This document shows positions 1 to 10,735 of a stretch of DNA of 64,000 bases, piece by piece. The stretch is taken from the NCBI GenBank assembly GCA_963755915.1, contig CAVWLP010000003.1, positions 1,088,001 through 1,152,000 on the forward strand, read 5' to 3'. How positions within the stretch are numbered: position 1 is the stretch's first letter; each line of letters opens with the position of its first letter. The notes under the pieces are model-generated. The model saw only the letters and a program-made list of their open reading frames with translations. It did not search any database and was not told the origin of the DNA. This stretch comes from an uncultured Phycisphaerales bacterium (GTDB lineage Bacteria > Planctomycetota > Phycisphaerae > Tepidisphaerales > Tepidisphaeraceae). Both the position numbers and the translations under genes were made by a program.

Positions 1-240
1 CTTGGCTGAGCCGTCGAGGGTGGAGGTGATCTGGAAGTCGTAAAGCTGGTACTGGAAGGGGCCGGTGAGGGCCTGCGGGTCGTGAATTGCGGAGAGTTTG
101 GCCATTGCGATGAGGCTGGACCACTGGACGGCGCGGTCGTCAAGGGAGTCCCGCAAACATCCGAAAGCTGGGAGGGGAGCGATTGCGAGCAGCAGCGCAA
201 CCAAATTGGTGACAACCGTTAAGGAAGGATTCATTCGCAT
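1..240 (-). CDS. Secreted hypothetical protein, N-terminal part (runs off window start)
   Basis: Manual translation from ATG at 240: MRMNPSLTVVTNLVALLLAIAPLPAFGCLRDSLDDRAVQWSS..., signal-peptide-like, no stop before base 1. Confidence 0.6.
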   Translation of the reverse strand, partial: MRMNPSLTVVTNLVALLLAIAPLPAFGCLRDSLDDRAVQWSSLIAMAKLSAIHDPQALTGPFQYQLYDFQITSTLDGSAK

Positions 241-362
241 GTTAAGCTCCGATGGCACATGGACTAATGTACATTGACTCAAACGCTCGAAACAGAAATT
301 TATTGATTTTGATCGATCATATTCGGTAACCTAGCTGCGACCTGTCTTGCACGGATTCGTTC

Positions 363-722
363 ATGGAAAATGATAACAAGTCAGAACCCGGTGGGTCGGT
401 TGTCGCCCCAGAGAAGAAGGTGTCGCCGTCAAAAAAGGGGAAACCGGCCCAATTGCCTCCGTACAACGTGATTTTGCTGAATGATGACGATCATACCTAT
501 GAGTATGTGATCGAGATGCTGAAGGCGATTTTCGCCTATCCTGACGAGAAGGGGTTTGAGCTGGCGAAGGAAGTGGATAAGTCCGGGCGGGTGATTCTGA
601 TGACGACGCACCGTGAGCGTGCGGAGCTGAAGCGGGATCAAATTCATGCGTATGGGGCGGATCATCGGGTGGCCACGTGCCAGGGGTCGATGTCGGCGAC
701 GATTGAGCCGGCTGAGGGGTAA
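363..722 (+). CDS. clpS: ATP-dependent Clp protease adaptor ClpS
   Basis: PYNVILLNDDDHTYEYVIEML...VDKSGRVI...AELKRDQI ClpS signature. Confidence 0.93.
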   Translation: MENDNKSEPGGSVVAPEKKVSPSKKGKPAQLPPYNVILLNDDDHTYEYVIEMLKAIFAYPDEKGFELAKEVDKSGRVILMTTHRERAELKRDQIHAYGADHRVATCQGSMSATIEPAEG

Positions 723-733
723 TCGAAAAGTTG

Positions 734-1651
734 TCAGGGCAAGGCAAGATACGCTCGCAAAGCGGCGGAGAGGGCCTGTGCGCCGGCGGTTTTTACGGCG
801 GCGGGGTCGAGCTGTACCGGCGGGGTTTCGGCGGCGTCCATTGGGGCGGCGAATTGCGGGGTTGCCCCCCCTGCCGTTGGCTTGTGGTTGGTCATCAGAA
901 GCGCGAGAAAACCAACCCAGACCATGCTGACCATCAGGTGCAGGGGCGGCATCGGGCGGGGCTTCTTTGCGGGCTTGGGGGGCGGCGTTGTCGCGACCGG
1001 GACGGGCTCTACCTGGAGGGAAAAGTCGGTGGGGCTTGAGGGGCGGACGCGTCGGCGGGGCTGGGAATCTTCTTCGGCAAATTGCGAATCGCCGACGAGT
1101 TCGGCTGAGCGGAGGGGCTGCCTGGCCTCGGCATAAACCGAATCCCAACTGCTGGAGGCGATGGCGGTGAGGAGGGTTTGGAGTTCTTCATGATCGTAAG
1201 CGGGCGGATCTTTGGGGCGAGGGCGCGGGCAGGGCATGTCGCCGGGGGCTTCGGTTTCGCCGGGGAGAAGAAGGGAGAATCCGGAGAGAGTTCCGGCGAG
1301 GGAATCGCCGGGATCGGCCGGGCGGGCGGGGGACATCAGCTCCTGGGCAAAGTCGTCGTCGAGGAGGCCGGCGTGGAAGATGATCTTGGATCGGCCGAGG
1401 CGGATGACGTCGTTGTCGTTGAGGAGGCGCGGGACGCGGAGGCGTTCGCCGTTGATGAAGGTGCCGTTTTTGCTTTGGAGGTCCTGGATTTTCCAGCCGT
1501 CGTCGGAGGGAACGAATCGGCAATGGCGACGGGAAAGAAGGATGTCGCGGATGACGATGTCGGAATCGGGGGCGCGGCCGACGACGACGCCGATTTCGAG
1601 CTCGCGGCGGGCGAGGTCCTGGTCGTTGGATTTCACGACGATGAAAGGCAC
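734..1651 (-). CDS. FHA domain protein with C-terminal TM segment
   Basis: GRAPDSDIVIRDILLSRRHCRF...DLQSKNGTFING FHA motif; start taken at GTG 1651 inside ORF 734..2404. Confidence 0.85.
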   Translation of the reverse strand: MPFIVVKSNDQDLARRELEIGVVVGRAPDSDIVIRDILLSRRHCRFVPSDDGWKIQDLQSKNGTFINGERLRVPRLLNDNDVIRLGRSKIIFHAGLLDDDFAQELMSPARPADPGDSLAGTLSGFSLLLPGETEAPGDMPCPRPRPKDPPAYDHEELQTLLTAIASSSWDSVYAEARQPLRSAELVGDSQFAEEDSQPRRRVRPSSPTDFSLQVEPVPVATTPPPKPAKKPRPMPPLHLMVSMVWVGFLALLMTNHKPTAGGATPQFAAPMDAAETPPVQLDPAAVKTAGAQALSAALRAYLALP

Positions 1652-1771
1652 TTCAATGTTATCGAACCTTCGGGGGGATAAGCCGCAATTTTCGCGGGTG
1701 GGCGGTTTTGGTATCATTGCTTGGTGGCAAGGGTTAGCGGGATTGGGGGTTTTCAAGAGGGTTCCAGCGTC

Positions 1772-4325
1772 ATGAAAGGAGGTTTGCGGGCGATGGGATT
1801 TCGTATTGGGATTGTTTGTGCGCTCGTGATGGGGCTTGGATCCGGGGCATTGGCGGATAGCGTGGTTTTCACGGCGCCAAGCTCGCCGCGGCAACGATAT
1901 GGCTTTGACGATGACTGGAAATTTGTCCGGAAGGATGTGCCGGGGGCGGATGCGGCGCAGTTTGATGATTCGAGCTGGGGGGATGTCAGTACGCCTCATA
2001 CCTATAACGATGTGGATACGTTCAATAAGATCATCTCGCATGCGCAGGGGCAGCGCGGGGCGTATATGGGGGTGGCTTGGTATCGGAAGCATTTTTCGCT
2101 GCCTGCGAGCGCGCGGGGGAATCGGGTGATCTTGGAATTCGAGGGGATGCGACAGGCGGGGCAGTTTTATCTGAATGGGAAATCTGTGGGGTTGTATGAA
2201 AACGGAGTCACAGCTTATGGGATCGATATCACCGACAGCGTGAATTTCACGGGCGAGAACGTGCTGGCGGTGCGGATCGACAATAGCGCGAATTATGCGG
2301 AGAAATCGAGCGGGACGGTTTTTGAGTGGGAATCGAAGGATTTCAACCCGAACTACGGCGGAATCAATCGGCATGTGTGGCTCGATATCCTGGGGCCGAT
2401 TCATCAGACGCTGCCGATTTATGATGGGCTGGGGACGACGGGGATTTATGTTTATCCGTCCAACATCTCTTTAGGCGACGAATCTCTGGATGTGAACGTT
2501 CAATCGCAGGTGGCGAATCAATCGGGCGATCAGGCTTCGGTGAGTTTGTCGGCGATGGTGGTGGATGCGGATGGGCATGTGCAGGGGAAGTTTGACGGGG
2601 ATACGGTGGACCTGGTCGCGGAGGAGAAGACGGACATGCAGGCGAGCGGGCATTTGAATCGGGCTCGCCTGTGGAGTCCGGATGATCCATATCTTTACAG
2701 CGTTTATACGGTGCTGACCGTGGACAACCAGGTGGTTGACGTGGCGAAGACGACGACGGGTTTTCGGCTGGCGGAGTTTAAGGGGGGGGCGGGGACGGGG
2801 GGCGTTTATGTGAATGGGAAGTTTGTTTATCTGCGCGGGTATTCGCAGCGATCGACCAATGAATGGGCGGGGCTGGGGCAGGCTTATCCGGATTGGATGC
2901 ACGACATCACGGCGAGATTGATCCGGGACAGCCATGCGAATTATGTGCGATGGATGCATATTTCGCCGCAGCGGGTGGATGTGGATGCGTTCGACCGGTT
3001 CGGCATCATCGAGGTTTGTCCGGCGGGGGATAAAGAGAAAGACGCGACCGGGCGGCAGTGGGAGCAGCGAAAGGAAGTGATGCGGGACTCGATGATTTAC
3101 TATCGCAACAGCCCGAGCATTTTTTTCTGGGAGGCGGGGAATAATGGGATCACGGCGGACCATATGAAGGAGATGGTCGATCTGAAATCGCAGTGGGACC
3201 CTTCGGGCGGGCGGGTGATTGGATGCAGGACGCTGGACGATCCGAAGGCGACGCCGGTCGCAGAATATTTTGGGGTGATGATCGGGCAGGATGCGCGGAC
3301 GGATGCGCTGAAGTCCCCTACCGCGATGTTCCGGGCGTACAGCGCGGAGCGGCGGGACCGGGCGCCGATCATTGAAACGGAGGATTTTCGGGATGAGGCG
3401 GCGCGGCGGTTCTGGGATGATTATTCGCCGCCGGCTTTTGGGTTTAAGCCGGGGCCGAACGACGTTTATCACTGGAACAGTGAGACGTTCTGCCTGGCGG
3501 CCGCGGGGCGATATTGGGCTTATTGGAACAATCGGATTTCGAATACCGATCCGGCGCATTCGAAGTGGTCGGGGTATGCGTCGATTTATTTTTCGGATTC
3601 CAACGCCGATGGACGGCAGGATTCGAGCGAGGTCTGCCGGGTGAGCGGGAAGGTGGACGCGGTGCGGCTGGAGAAAGAGGCGTATTTTACATATCGCGTG
3701 ATGCAGAATGAAAAGCCGGATATTCATATCATCGGGCATTGGACTTATCCGGCGGGGACGAAGAAATCCGTCTATGTTGTGTCCAATTGTCAGGCGGTGG
3801 AGCTGAGCATCAATGGAAAGACAATCGGGCGCGTGGATCATCCAAGCAACGGCTTTATCTTCGCGTTTCCCGATGTGGCGTGGACCGCGGGGACAATCAA
3901 GGCAATGGGGTATAACGAGGGTAGGGCTGTTTGCGATCACGAGCTGACCACCGCGGGGCCGGCGGTGGCGATCAAGCTTACGCCGATCGTGGGGCCGGAT
4001 GGGTTGCGCGGATGGGGAGGAGGTGGCGCTTTTCGATGTTGAGGTGGTCGATGCGCAGGGGAGAAGGTGCCCTACCGATGAGGGTCGCGTCGACTTCGCG
4101 GTTTCGGGCCCAGGCGTATGGCGCGGGGGGTATAACAGCGGGATTGTGGACTCGACGAATAACCTTTATCTGAACACTGAGTGCGGGATCAATCGCGTGG
4201 CGATCCGCTCGACGCGGACGGCAGGAGCGATCACGCTCATCGCGACGCGCCAGGGGCTGGCGATGGGGAAGGCGACGGTGAATTCCGCGGCGGTGAAAGT
4301 GGTGGGTGGGGTTGGCGATGGATGA
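1772..4325 (+). CDS. Secreted glycoside hydrolase family 2 (beta-galactosidase-like), frameshift near 4010
   Basis: Signal peptide; WYRKHF, LEFEG, YGGINRHVWL, RNSPSIFFWEAGN, SGKVDAVRL, HIIGHWTY; C-terminus ADGEEVALFDVEVVDAQG continues in ORF 3999..4325. Confidence 0.88.
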
Positions 4326-4340
4326 TGGTGGGCGGTGGTA

Positions 4341-4658
4341 TCAGTGGCTATCCGGTGAAGTAGGCCCTGACGAATCGCCAATTGACCACACCTCAGTTCC
4401 GATAGGCACGTCCTCTTTTTTGAATGTTTCCGCCAGCAAAATGACAAAAGCTCGACTTGGAGGGATTGGCGAGAGGATCTCAATGCCCTTAATTTTGGTC
4501 CGAACAACGGTGGCATCCGGCTTTCGAAGTTCCACCGTATCACCAACGCGAAACCGTTCGTCCCCCTCTGGACTAATTCCTGGGGCCAAGGCAATGCCGC
4601 GACCTTTCACTGCGAAGGTGGCCGCAATCACAAAGAGACATCTGGGGGAGGCCGGCAT
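4341..4658 (-). CDS. Small stand-alone protein resembling EF-Tu domain II (beta-barrel)
   Basis: TFAVKGRG...VGDTVEL...RTKIKGIE...ILL...KEDVPIG pattern parallels EF-Tu domain II (VFSISGRG...VGEEVEI...TGVEMF...LLRGIKREEIERG). Confidence 0.6.
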   Translation of the reverse strand: MPASPRCLFVIAATFAVKGRGIALAPGISPEGDERFRVGDTVELRKPDATVVRTKIKGIEILSPIPPSRAFVILLAETFKKEDVPIGTEVWSIGDSSGPTSPDSH

Positions 4659-4752
4659 CAGCTTGATTTTACGCTGGTGAATGCTCGCACGGAACCCTCA
4701 TGTCTACCGGGGATTGGCTAGCTTACACCCCTCGCTATAGACTCCCGCGGCT

Positions 4753-5456
4753 ATGGCAATCGCGGACATGCGACGGGAATTTGACGCCGGAGGGATCGAC
4801 CGGGGGGACATGGATGCCGATCCGCTGCGGCAGTTTCAGGTCTGGTTCGATGCGGCGGCCGCGACCAGCGGAGGGAGATTCCGAAAATTCTGCGTCGATA
4901 TATATAAGGCTTTCGGGGCGCTGTTTGGGGCCAAGTCGATCGAAGCGAATGCGATGGCGCTGGCGACGGCGAACCGCGAGGGGCAGCCTTCAGTTCGGAC
5001 GGTTTTGCTGAAGGGCGTCGATTCGCGGGGGTTTATTTTTTTTACGAATTATGGGAGCCGGAAGGGCGCGAGCTGACGGACAATCCGCGGGCGGCGCTGG
5101 TGTTTTACTGGCCCGAACTGGAGCGGCAGGTTTGTGTGGCGGGGATCGTGACGCAAATTTCACGGGAGGAATCGGAGGCGTATTTTCGCACTCGGCCGCG
5201 CAAAAGCCAGATTGGCGCGGCGGCATCGGATCAAAGCGCGGTGGTGAAAGGGAGGAAGGAGCTGGAGGAGAGGTTTGCGGAGATTGAAAAGCGGTTTGAG
5301 GGGAAGGAGATTCCGATTCCGGAGAACTGGGGGGGGTATCAACTCAAGCCGCAACGGATTGAGTTTTGGCAGGGGAGGCGAAGCCGGATGCATGATCGGA
5401 TTTGCTACACGCGCGATGAAAAGGGTCAATGGCGAATCGAACGCCTCTCGCCGTGA
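4753..5456 (+). CDS. pdxH: Pyridoxamine 5'-phosphate oxidase, frameshift near 5070
   Basis: [54 protein letters not shown]. Confidence 0.93.
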
Positions 5457-6070
5457 GCGCGCCTCCGGCGCATTGCCAACCCTGCCATGCCGATGCCAAT
5501 CAGGGAAATCGTGCCCGGCTCCGGCACGGCGGTCACCAGCAGATTGAAGACATCGGACTGTGAGCTCGTCGGTTGATTGAAGAGCGTGAGATAAGTCGTA
5601 GAAGTCCCGGTCGAGCCCAGAGGCGGATTGCGAACATCGAGGTAGTCCTCATCCACCGTGGTTCCGAGGGGGTCTTGAACGCCCATATAGCTCTGGTATT
5701 CCCACGTGCTCGCGCGAGAGCCGACGGTCTGGATCCAGGGATTGACGCTGTAGCCCAACGTTGAAGCGAGGAGATTGCCCGGGGTCGTGTCGGTGATGGA
5801 GCCGTTCGGCACATCGGCGGCGGGAATCCCGGCGTCTTCGAGCAGCGAATCGAGCTGCGGGCCGGTGGCAAGCGTGAACTGGGGATAATCGGCCAGGGAG
5901 GTGTCGACCGATTGCCCGAGCGTGGCGCTGGCGTTGAGATAGGCCAGGTTGGTGGCGGTATCGATTGCCACGGATTGGCCGTCATATGTACCGGCAATGA
6001 TGGATGCGCGGGCCGCGCCAGCAAGGGCAAGCATAGCCACAGCATAAGCAAAAGTTCGATAGTTTCTCAC
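5426..6070 (-). CDS. PEP-CTERM sorting domain surface protein
   Basis: Signal peptide and C-terminal VPEPGTISLIGIGMAGLAMRRRR. Confidence 0.9.
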   Translation of the reverse strand: MRNYRTFAYAVAMLALAGAARASIIAGTYDGQSVAIDTATNLAYLNASATLGQSVDTSLADYPQFTLATGPQLDSLLEDAGIPAADVPNGSITDTTPGNLLASTLGYSVNPWIQTVGSRASTWEYQSYMGVQDPLGTTVDEDYLDVRNPPLGSTGTSTTYLTLFNQPTSSQSDVFNLLVTAVPEPGTISLIGIGMAGLAMRRRRAHGERRSIRH

Positions 6071-6276
6071 AACCTTGCTTCTACCTTTCCCAAAATCGCG
6101 TCAATCGCTTCGCAAAACACGTAATAGCGTTAAACGCATTACCCCTGCGGGCTCAGACACTTATGCTAAAATCTCGATTTCCCCAAATACAAGATTAGTG
6201 TTCGAAGTATGACGGTTTCTGATACCGCCGTCAATCGCAAAATTCGTCTGGCAATAAATAGCAATAAATGCGGGAT

Positions 6277-7772
6277 CTAAAACCCCTGCTGGGCGATCTC
6301 GACCGCTTTGAGCAGCGCCTTCGCCTTGTTCATGGTTTCTTCGTATTCGTTTTCGGGGACGGAATCGGCGACTACGCCTGCGCCGACCTGCACGTCGAAG
6401 ATGCTGTTTTTCCAGACGATGGTGCGGAGGGCGATGCAGGTGTCCATGTTGCCGGCGAAAGTCGAGGTATCCGACGGCACCGCCATAGGGGCCGCGGCGG
6501 GTGGGCTCGAGCTCGTCGATGATCTGCATGGCGCGGATTTTGGGGGCGCCGCTGACGGTGCCGACGGGGAGGCTTACACGAAGGGCGTCGAGGGCCGTTA
6601 AACCGTCGGCGAGCTCGCCGGTGACATTGCTGGTGATGTGCATGACGTGGCTGTAGCGCTCCACCGTCATCACGTCGCTGATTTTGACGGTGCCGACCTT
6701 GGCGACTCTGCCGACGTCGTTGCGATGCAAGTCGACGAGCATGATGTGTTCGGCGCGTTCCTTGGGGTCGGCGAGGAGCTCGCGTTCGAGGGCGGCGTCT
6801 TCGGCGTCGGTGCCCCCCCGCCGGCGGGTGCCGGCAAGCGGGCGGCTGGTGACGATTCCATCCGAGACGCGGCAGAGGATTTCCGGGCTGGAGCCGATCA
6901 GGGTGCAGGCGGGGCTCTTCAGGATAGAACATGAACGGGGAGGGATTGATGATCCGCAGGGCGCGGTAGACATCCAGCGGATCGACGGGGGAGATGACTC
7001 GAAGGCGCTGGCTGGGGACGAACTGGAAGATATCGCCGGCCTTGATGAATTCTTTTCCCGCCCGGACCATCTGCTCGAACTGATCGCGGGTGCAGTTGGG
7101 GGTAAATTTCAGGGACATGGGAGCGGTGGGGTCGATCTCGCCGAGGCCGGAGCTGGGAGGCTGATGGAGGCGGGAGACGATTTCGTCGATCCGCCGGCAG
7201 GCATCGCGATAGGCCGACTCGATTCCGGCGGGGCCGATCTGGGCGTTGGCGACGACCTTGATGGTCTTATCGACATGATCGAAGATCACGATCTCGCTGT
7301 AGAGGGCGAAGAGAAGATCGGGGAGCTTTCGGTCGTCGAAGGGAGGGGAGGCGAGCTTTTCGCCCTCGTAATAGCGGATCGTGTCGTAGCCGGCGTAGCC
7401 GACGAGGCCGCCGGTGAAGGCGGGGAGATGCTTGTCGCGGAAATATTTTTCGGCGGGGAGGAGTTTTTGCAGGTCGGCGAGGGGATCGGTGGTGTTGAAT
7501 TCGCGCGGGGGCTGGCCGAATTCCTGGATCGAGGCTTTGCCGCCGGCGACCTGGTAGACCGATCGCGGTCCGGCGGCGATGAAGCTGAAGCGGCCGATTT
7601 TTTCGCCGCCGATCACGCTTTCGAGGAGAAAGGCGTGCTGCTCGCGGCCGAGGACTTCGAAGGCGGAGACGGGAGTGAGGTGGTCGGCGAGGAGCTGGCG
7701 GTAAACGGGGATGATGTGCGCGGTGGCGGCGGCGGCCTTGAATTCGTCGAGGGTGGGGAAATAGCGGCGCAT
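6277..7772 (-). CDS. trpE: Anthranilate synthase component I, frameshifts near 6925 and 6460
   Basis: [78 protein letters not shown] spread over three ORFs. Confidence 0.93.
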
Positions 7773-7822
7773 GGGCTAGTGCAAAGGTAAGAGCGGTGGG
7801 GGAAAAGTCAAAATCAGCCCTG

Positions 7823-8256
7823 CTAAAGGTCGGCCAGTTTCGCGCCCATGAGGCCGACCCTGATTCCACTGCTTTCCAACATGTGCGTCGCCTTCTGATT
7901 GATTTTCAGCAGAAAAAACAGGTTGGCCAGGGGGATAATCATTCCAAATGCGCAAAGAAGTCGCATGGCTGCACTGTAGCCCAAGGCCGCCGCCATTCGA
8001 TAACTGAAAACCGCCATAAAAATGGGGAAAGCCAACTCGACCAGCAACAAGAGGAAAAAGATGATCAGGCCTCGAAGGTTGGGAGAGGAAGGAGTCATGC
8101 CAATGCGGATAAGCACACAAAGCGACTTGTAGCGCACCTGCGACGATGGCCCACACAAGCTGGCGCTGGGCCAGCCCGATCGCCCGAAGCGGTGGATTGC
8201 CGCGCAAGGGGGGTTGCGTATTGCAGGGGCATTGCGGGTGGGATCTGGTCGGACAT
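7823..8256 (-). CDS. Small multi-pass membrane protein, paralog B (frameshifted)
   Basis: MSDQIPPAMPLQYATP...AQRQLVWAI...GMIIPLANL...NQKATHMLESSGIRVGLMGAKLADL. Confidence 0.7.
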
Positions 8257-8288
8257 GAGGCCCCCCGGGGGCACTAAAAAGCGACGGA

Positions 8289-8725
8289 TCATTTGCCCTC
8301 TAAGTCCGCCAGCTTGGCGCCCATCAGCCCTACGCGAATTCCCTGACTCTTGAGCAATTTGGTGGCTTTCTGATTGACGACAAGCAAAATGATCAGGCTG
8401 ACGAGCGGAATGATCATGCCGATCACAAGCAATACGCGCTTGGTGCTGCCATCCCCAAGGGCGGCGGATAATTGATAGACGCAAACCATCATAAAGATGA
8501 TAAATCCGAACCGCACGACGTAGAGCAGAAAGAGGGTCAGGTCCAGCCCCAGCGGCGAATTGGCGGTGATGGCTGCTCCCATCGCCGCGGAAATGCCGAC
8601 CAGGAATGCGCAAGAATGGCCCACATCATCCGTCGCTGCGCCATGGCGACGGCGCGGACTGTCGAAGTGCCGCTTCCAGGAGTGGAATATTCCAGGGAAA
8701 CCGAGGGGGGAATCTGCTGTGACAT
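8289..8725 (-). CDS. Small multi-pass membrane protein, paralog A (frameshifted)
   Basis: MSQQIPPSVSLEYSTP...AQRRMMWAI...GMIIPLVSL...NQKATKLLKSQGIRVGLMGAKLADL; GGAGG RBS upstream. Confidence 0.7.
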
Positions 8726-8856
8726 TTAACCTCCGCAAGAATTGAGTGAAAGCGATGCTACTCGCCGATTTCCGTGGTTGCAAAAAACTGTAAGGTTCCC
8801 GACGCCAGGGTGCCCTCAAGGGGGAATGGCGTTTGGGAGGGTTTGGGTTTACCGCG

Positions 8857-8914
8857 AATGATGCGCACCGCGGCGGCGGTGAACTCGGGGAGGGTGGGGA
8901 AATAGCGGCGCATG
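8857..8914 (-). pseudogene. Degenerate duplicate of the trpE 5' end
   Basis: 25 nt (8890-8914) identical to 7749-7773; translates [19 protein letters not shown] versus [21 protein letters not shown]. Confidence 0.85.
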
Positions 8915-8915
8915 A

Positions 8916-9377
8916 CTATGGACTTCCGGTCATTGGCGGCGGAAGCCGCGCCGGGTCAATCAGATTGATTCCCGCAAACCGGGAAAAATCCTGGCCATTG
9001 AAGGTCAGGATTCGATCCAGCCGGTGCACCCGCATGGCCGCAACCAATCGAGCATCGTGAGCGATTTTGCCGTGGCAGTCGCCATCGAGAACGATGCGTC
9101 GCCACTCGGCAAAAATTTGCGCGGTGTCCGGAAGCAGTACGAATACTTTGGTCAATTCATCAACTTTCGCGCTCGCTTCACCGGTCGTCATGGCAAGACC
9201 ATTGTTGGCAACCGGCCGGGTTGCCACGACCCAGAATTCGTAGACGCACTGCGGAACGATATTCAGGACTTCACCCCGCGACAGCAACGACCGAACAGCG
9301 TCGGCTGCCATCATACTTTGTTGTTGGTTTGGCTCAGCAATTCGGGTCAGAACGTTCGTGTCCACCAGAACGCTCAT
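8916..9377 (-). CDS. vapC: PIN-domain toxin (VapC family)
   Basis: VLVDTNVL...YEFWVVATRP..NGL...HDARLVAAM...ILTFNGQDF. Confidence 0.92.
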   Translation of the reverse strand: MSVLVDTNVLTRIAEPNQQQSMMAADAVRSLLSRGEVLNIVPQCVYEFWVVATRPVANNGLAMTTGEASAKVDELTKVFVLLPDTAQIFAEWRRIVLDGDCHGKIAHDARLVAAMRVHRLDRILTFNGQDFSRFAGINLIDPARLPPPMTGSP

Positions 9378-9678
9378 AAGCCGCGACCTTCATAGATGCT
9401 TTCGCGACTGTCATCCACCTTATGGCCGGGTGGCAGATTCTGGCGCCCCACTCGCGCATTTTGGCAACCCATGCATCCCACATCGCGACGCGATTCGGGA
9501 TTGAATCGCTGCCGCCGTTGCCCGATCGGGATGCGATCGCCTGCTCCAGAAGATCGGACGCGACGGACCCCAAATCCTGGCCGGTTTCGGCTGCGCGATG
9601 GGCGAGCTCGTCGCTTGCGTCTCTGGAGAGCCGGATTCGAAGCTCCAATTCGGTTTTTTGCCCGGGGATGGCGGCCAT
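9374..9678 (-). CDS. Putative antitoxin (RHH-like N-terminus), frameshift near 9445
   Basis: LRIRLSRDASDELAHRAAETGQDLGSVASDLLE; other frame ends VDDSRESIYEGRGL*, overlapping the toxin ATG by 4 nt. Confidence 0.82.
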
Positions 9679-9791
9679 GGCTCACTCCTATTACGAATGA
9701 TAGCAGCCTGGATTCGGACCGCATAGTGCGCGGCGCCCTGCCCTTGAGGGGGATGGCAATCGCCCGGGTTTACGTTTACGGTACCGGGCCG

Positions 9792-10154
9792 ATGGCCTTT
9801 GAGATCACAATCACGCGTCAGTTCTCGGCCAGCCATCAGCTTCGGCTCTATGATGGCTCGCTGGAGCCGCTACATGGGCATAACTGGGTGGCGAAGGTGA
9901 CGGTGGCGAGCCCGAAGCTCGACGCCATCGGCGTGGTGATGGATTTTCACGAACTTGAGCGGCTCGTGGATGAGATCGTTGGGCCGATGAACAACCGCCA
10001 TCTCAACGAACTTCCTGCATTCGCGAAGCGGAATCCCTCGGCAGAGGGAGTGGCGCTTCACCTGGCGGAAAGGCTCTCACTGCCGGAGGGAATTAAGCTG
10101 GCGGCGGTGGAAGTGTGGGAGACGGTGGGGTGCTTGGCGGTTTATCGGCCTTGA
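9792..10154 (+). CDS. queD: 6-carboxytetrahydropterin synthase / PTPS family
   Basis: FSASHQL...LHGHNW...VMDF...HLNE...NPSAE...VWET. Confidence 0.88.
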   Translation: MAFEITITRQFSASHQLRLYDGSLEPLHGHNWVAKVTVASPKLDAIGVVMDFHELERLVDEIVGPMNNRHLNELPAFAKRNPSAEGVALHLAERLSLPEGIKLAAVEVWETVGCLAVYRP

Positions 10155-10225
10155 ACTATCAAGCGTATGGGGGGTTAATATATGTTTGACCCGCGCTAAG
10201 CCGACTAATAGGATTAAGCATTGAA

Positions 10226-10726
10226 ATGAAGTGCGAAAAGTGCAACAGGCTGGCGACGGTTCACCTTACCGAAATCCGCAACGGGAAGCAGATCGTTAAA
10301 CATCTCTGTGAGCAGTGCGCCGCCGCGACGGAGGGGATTCCCTCCAAGTCCCATACGCCGATCAATGAATTGCTGACCAACTTCGTGATGCTGCACAGCG
10401 GGATGGCGAAGGAGCAGTCGACGTCCTGTCCGCATTGCCAGATGGCGTGGGCAGATTTCCGGCAGACGGGGCTGCTGGGATGCGAGCACGATTACACCGC
10501 TTTCGAAAAAGACCTGACCCCCCTGCTGCAGCGGGCTCACGATGGGGCGACGCATCACCTGGGCAAGGTTCCCACCCGGCGCGGCGGGACGAGCGTGCCG
10601 ATGAAGCGGCAAATCGACATCAACCGCTTGCGGAAGGAATTGAGCCGGGCGGTGGAATCTGAGGATTACGAGAAGGCTGCGAAATTGCGCGATCAAATCC
10701 GGGAAGCTGAGACACAGCAAGGCTGA
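10226..10726 (+). CDS. mcsA: Protein-arginine kinase activator McsA
   Basis: CxxC motifs, GLLGCEHDY, C-terminal UVR motif EDYEKAAKLRDQI. Confidence 0.92.
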   Translation: MKCEKCNRLATVHLTEIRNGKQIVKHLCEQCAAATEGIPSKSHTPINELLTNFVMLHSGMAKEQSTSCPHCQMAWADFRQTGLLGCEHDYTAFEKDLTPLLQRAHDGATHHLGKVPTRRGGTSVPMKRQIDINRLRKELSRAVESEDYEKAAKLRDQIREAETQQG

Positions 10727-10735
10727 GAAGCTGGC

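Noticed and set aside
734-2404. Long antisense ORFs (556 aa here; also 2471..3940, 11856..13250, 41964..43817)
   Set aside because: Shadow frames of real genes in GC-rich DNA; only the FHA part of 734..2404 is credible
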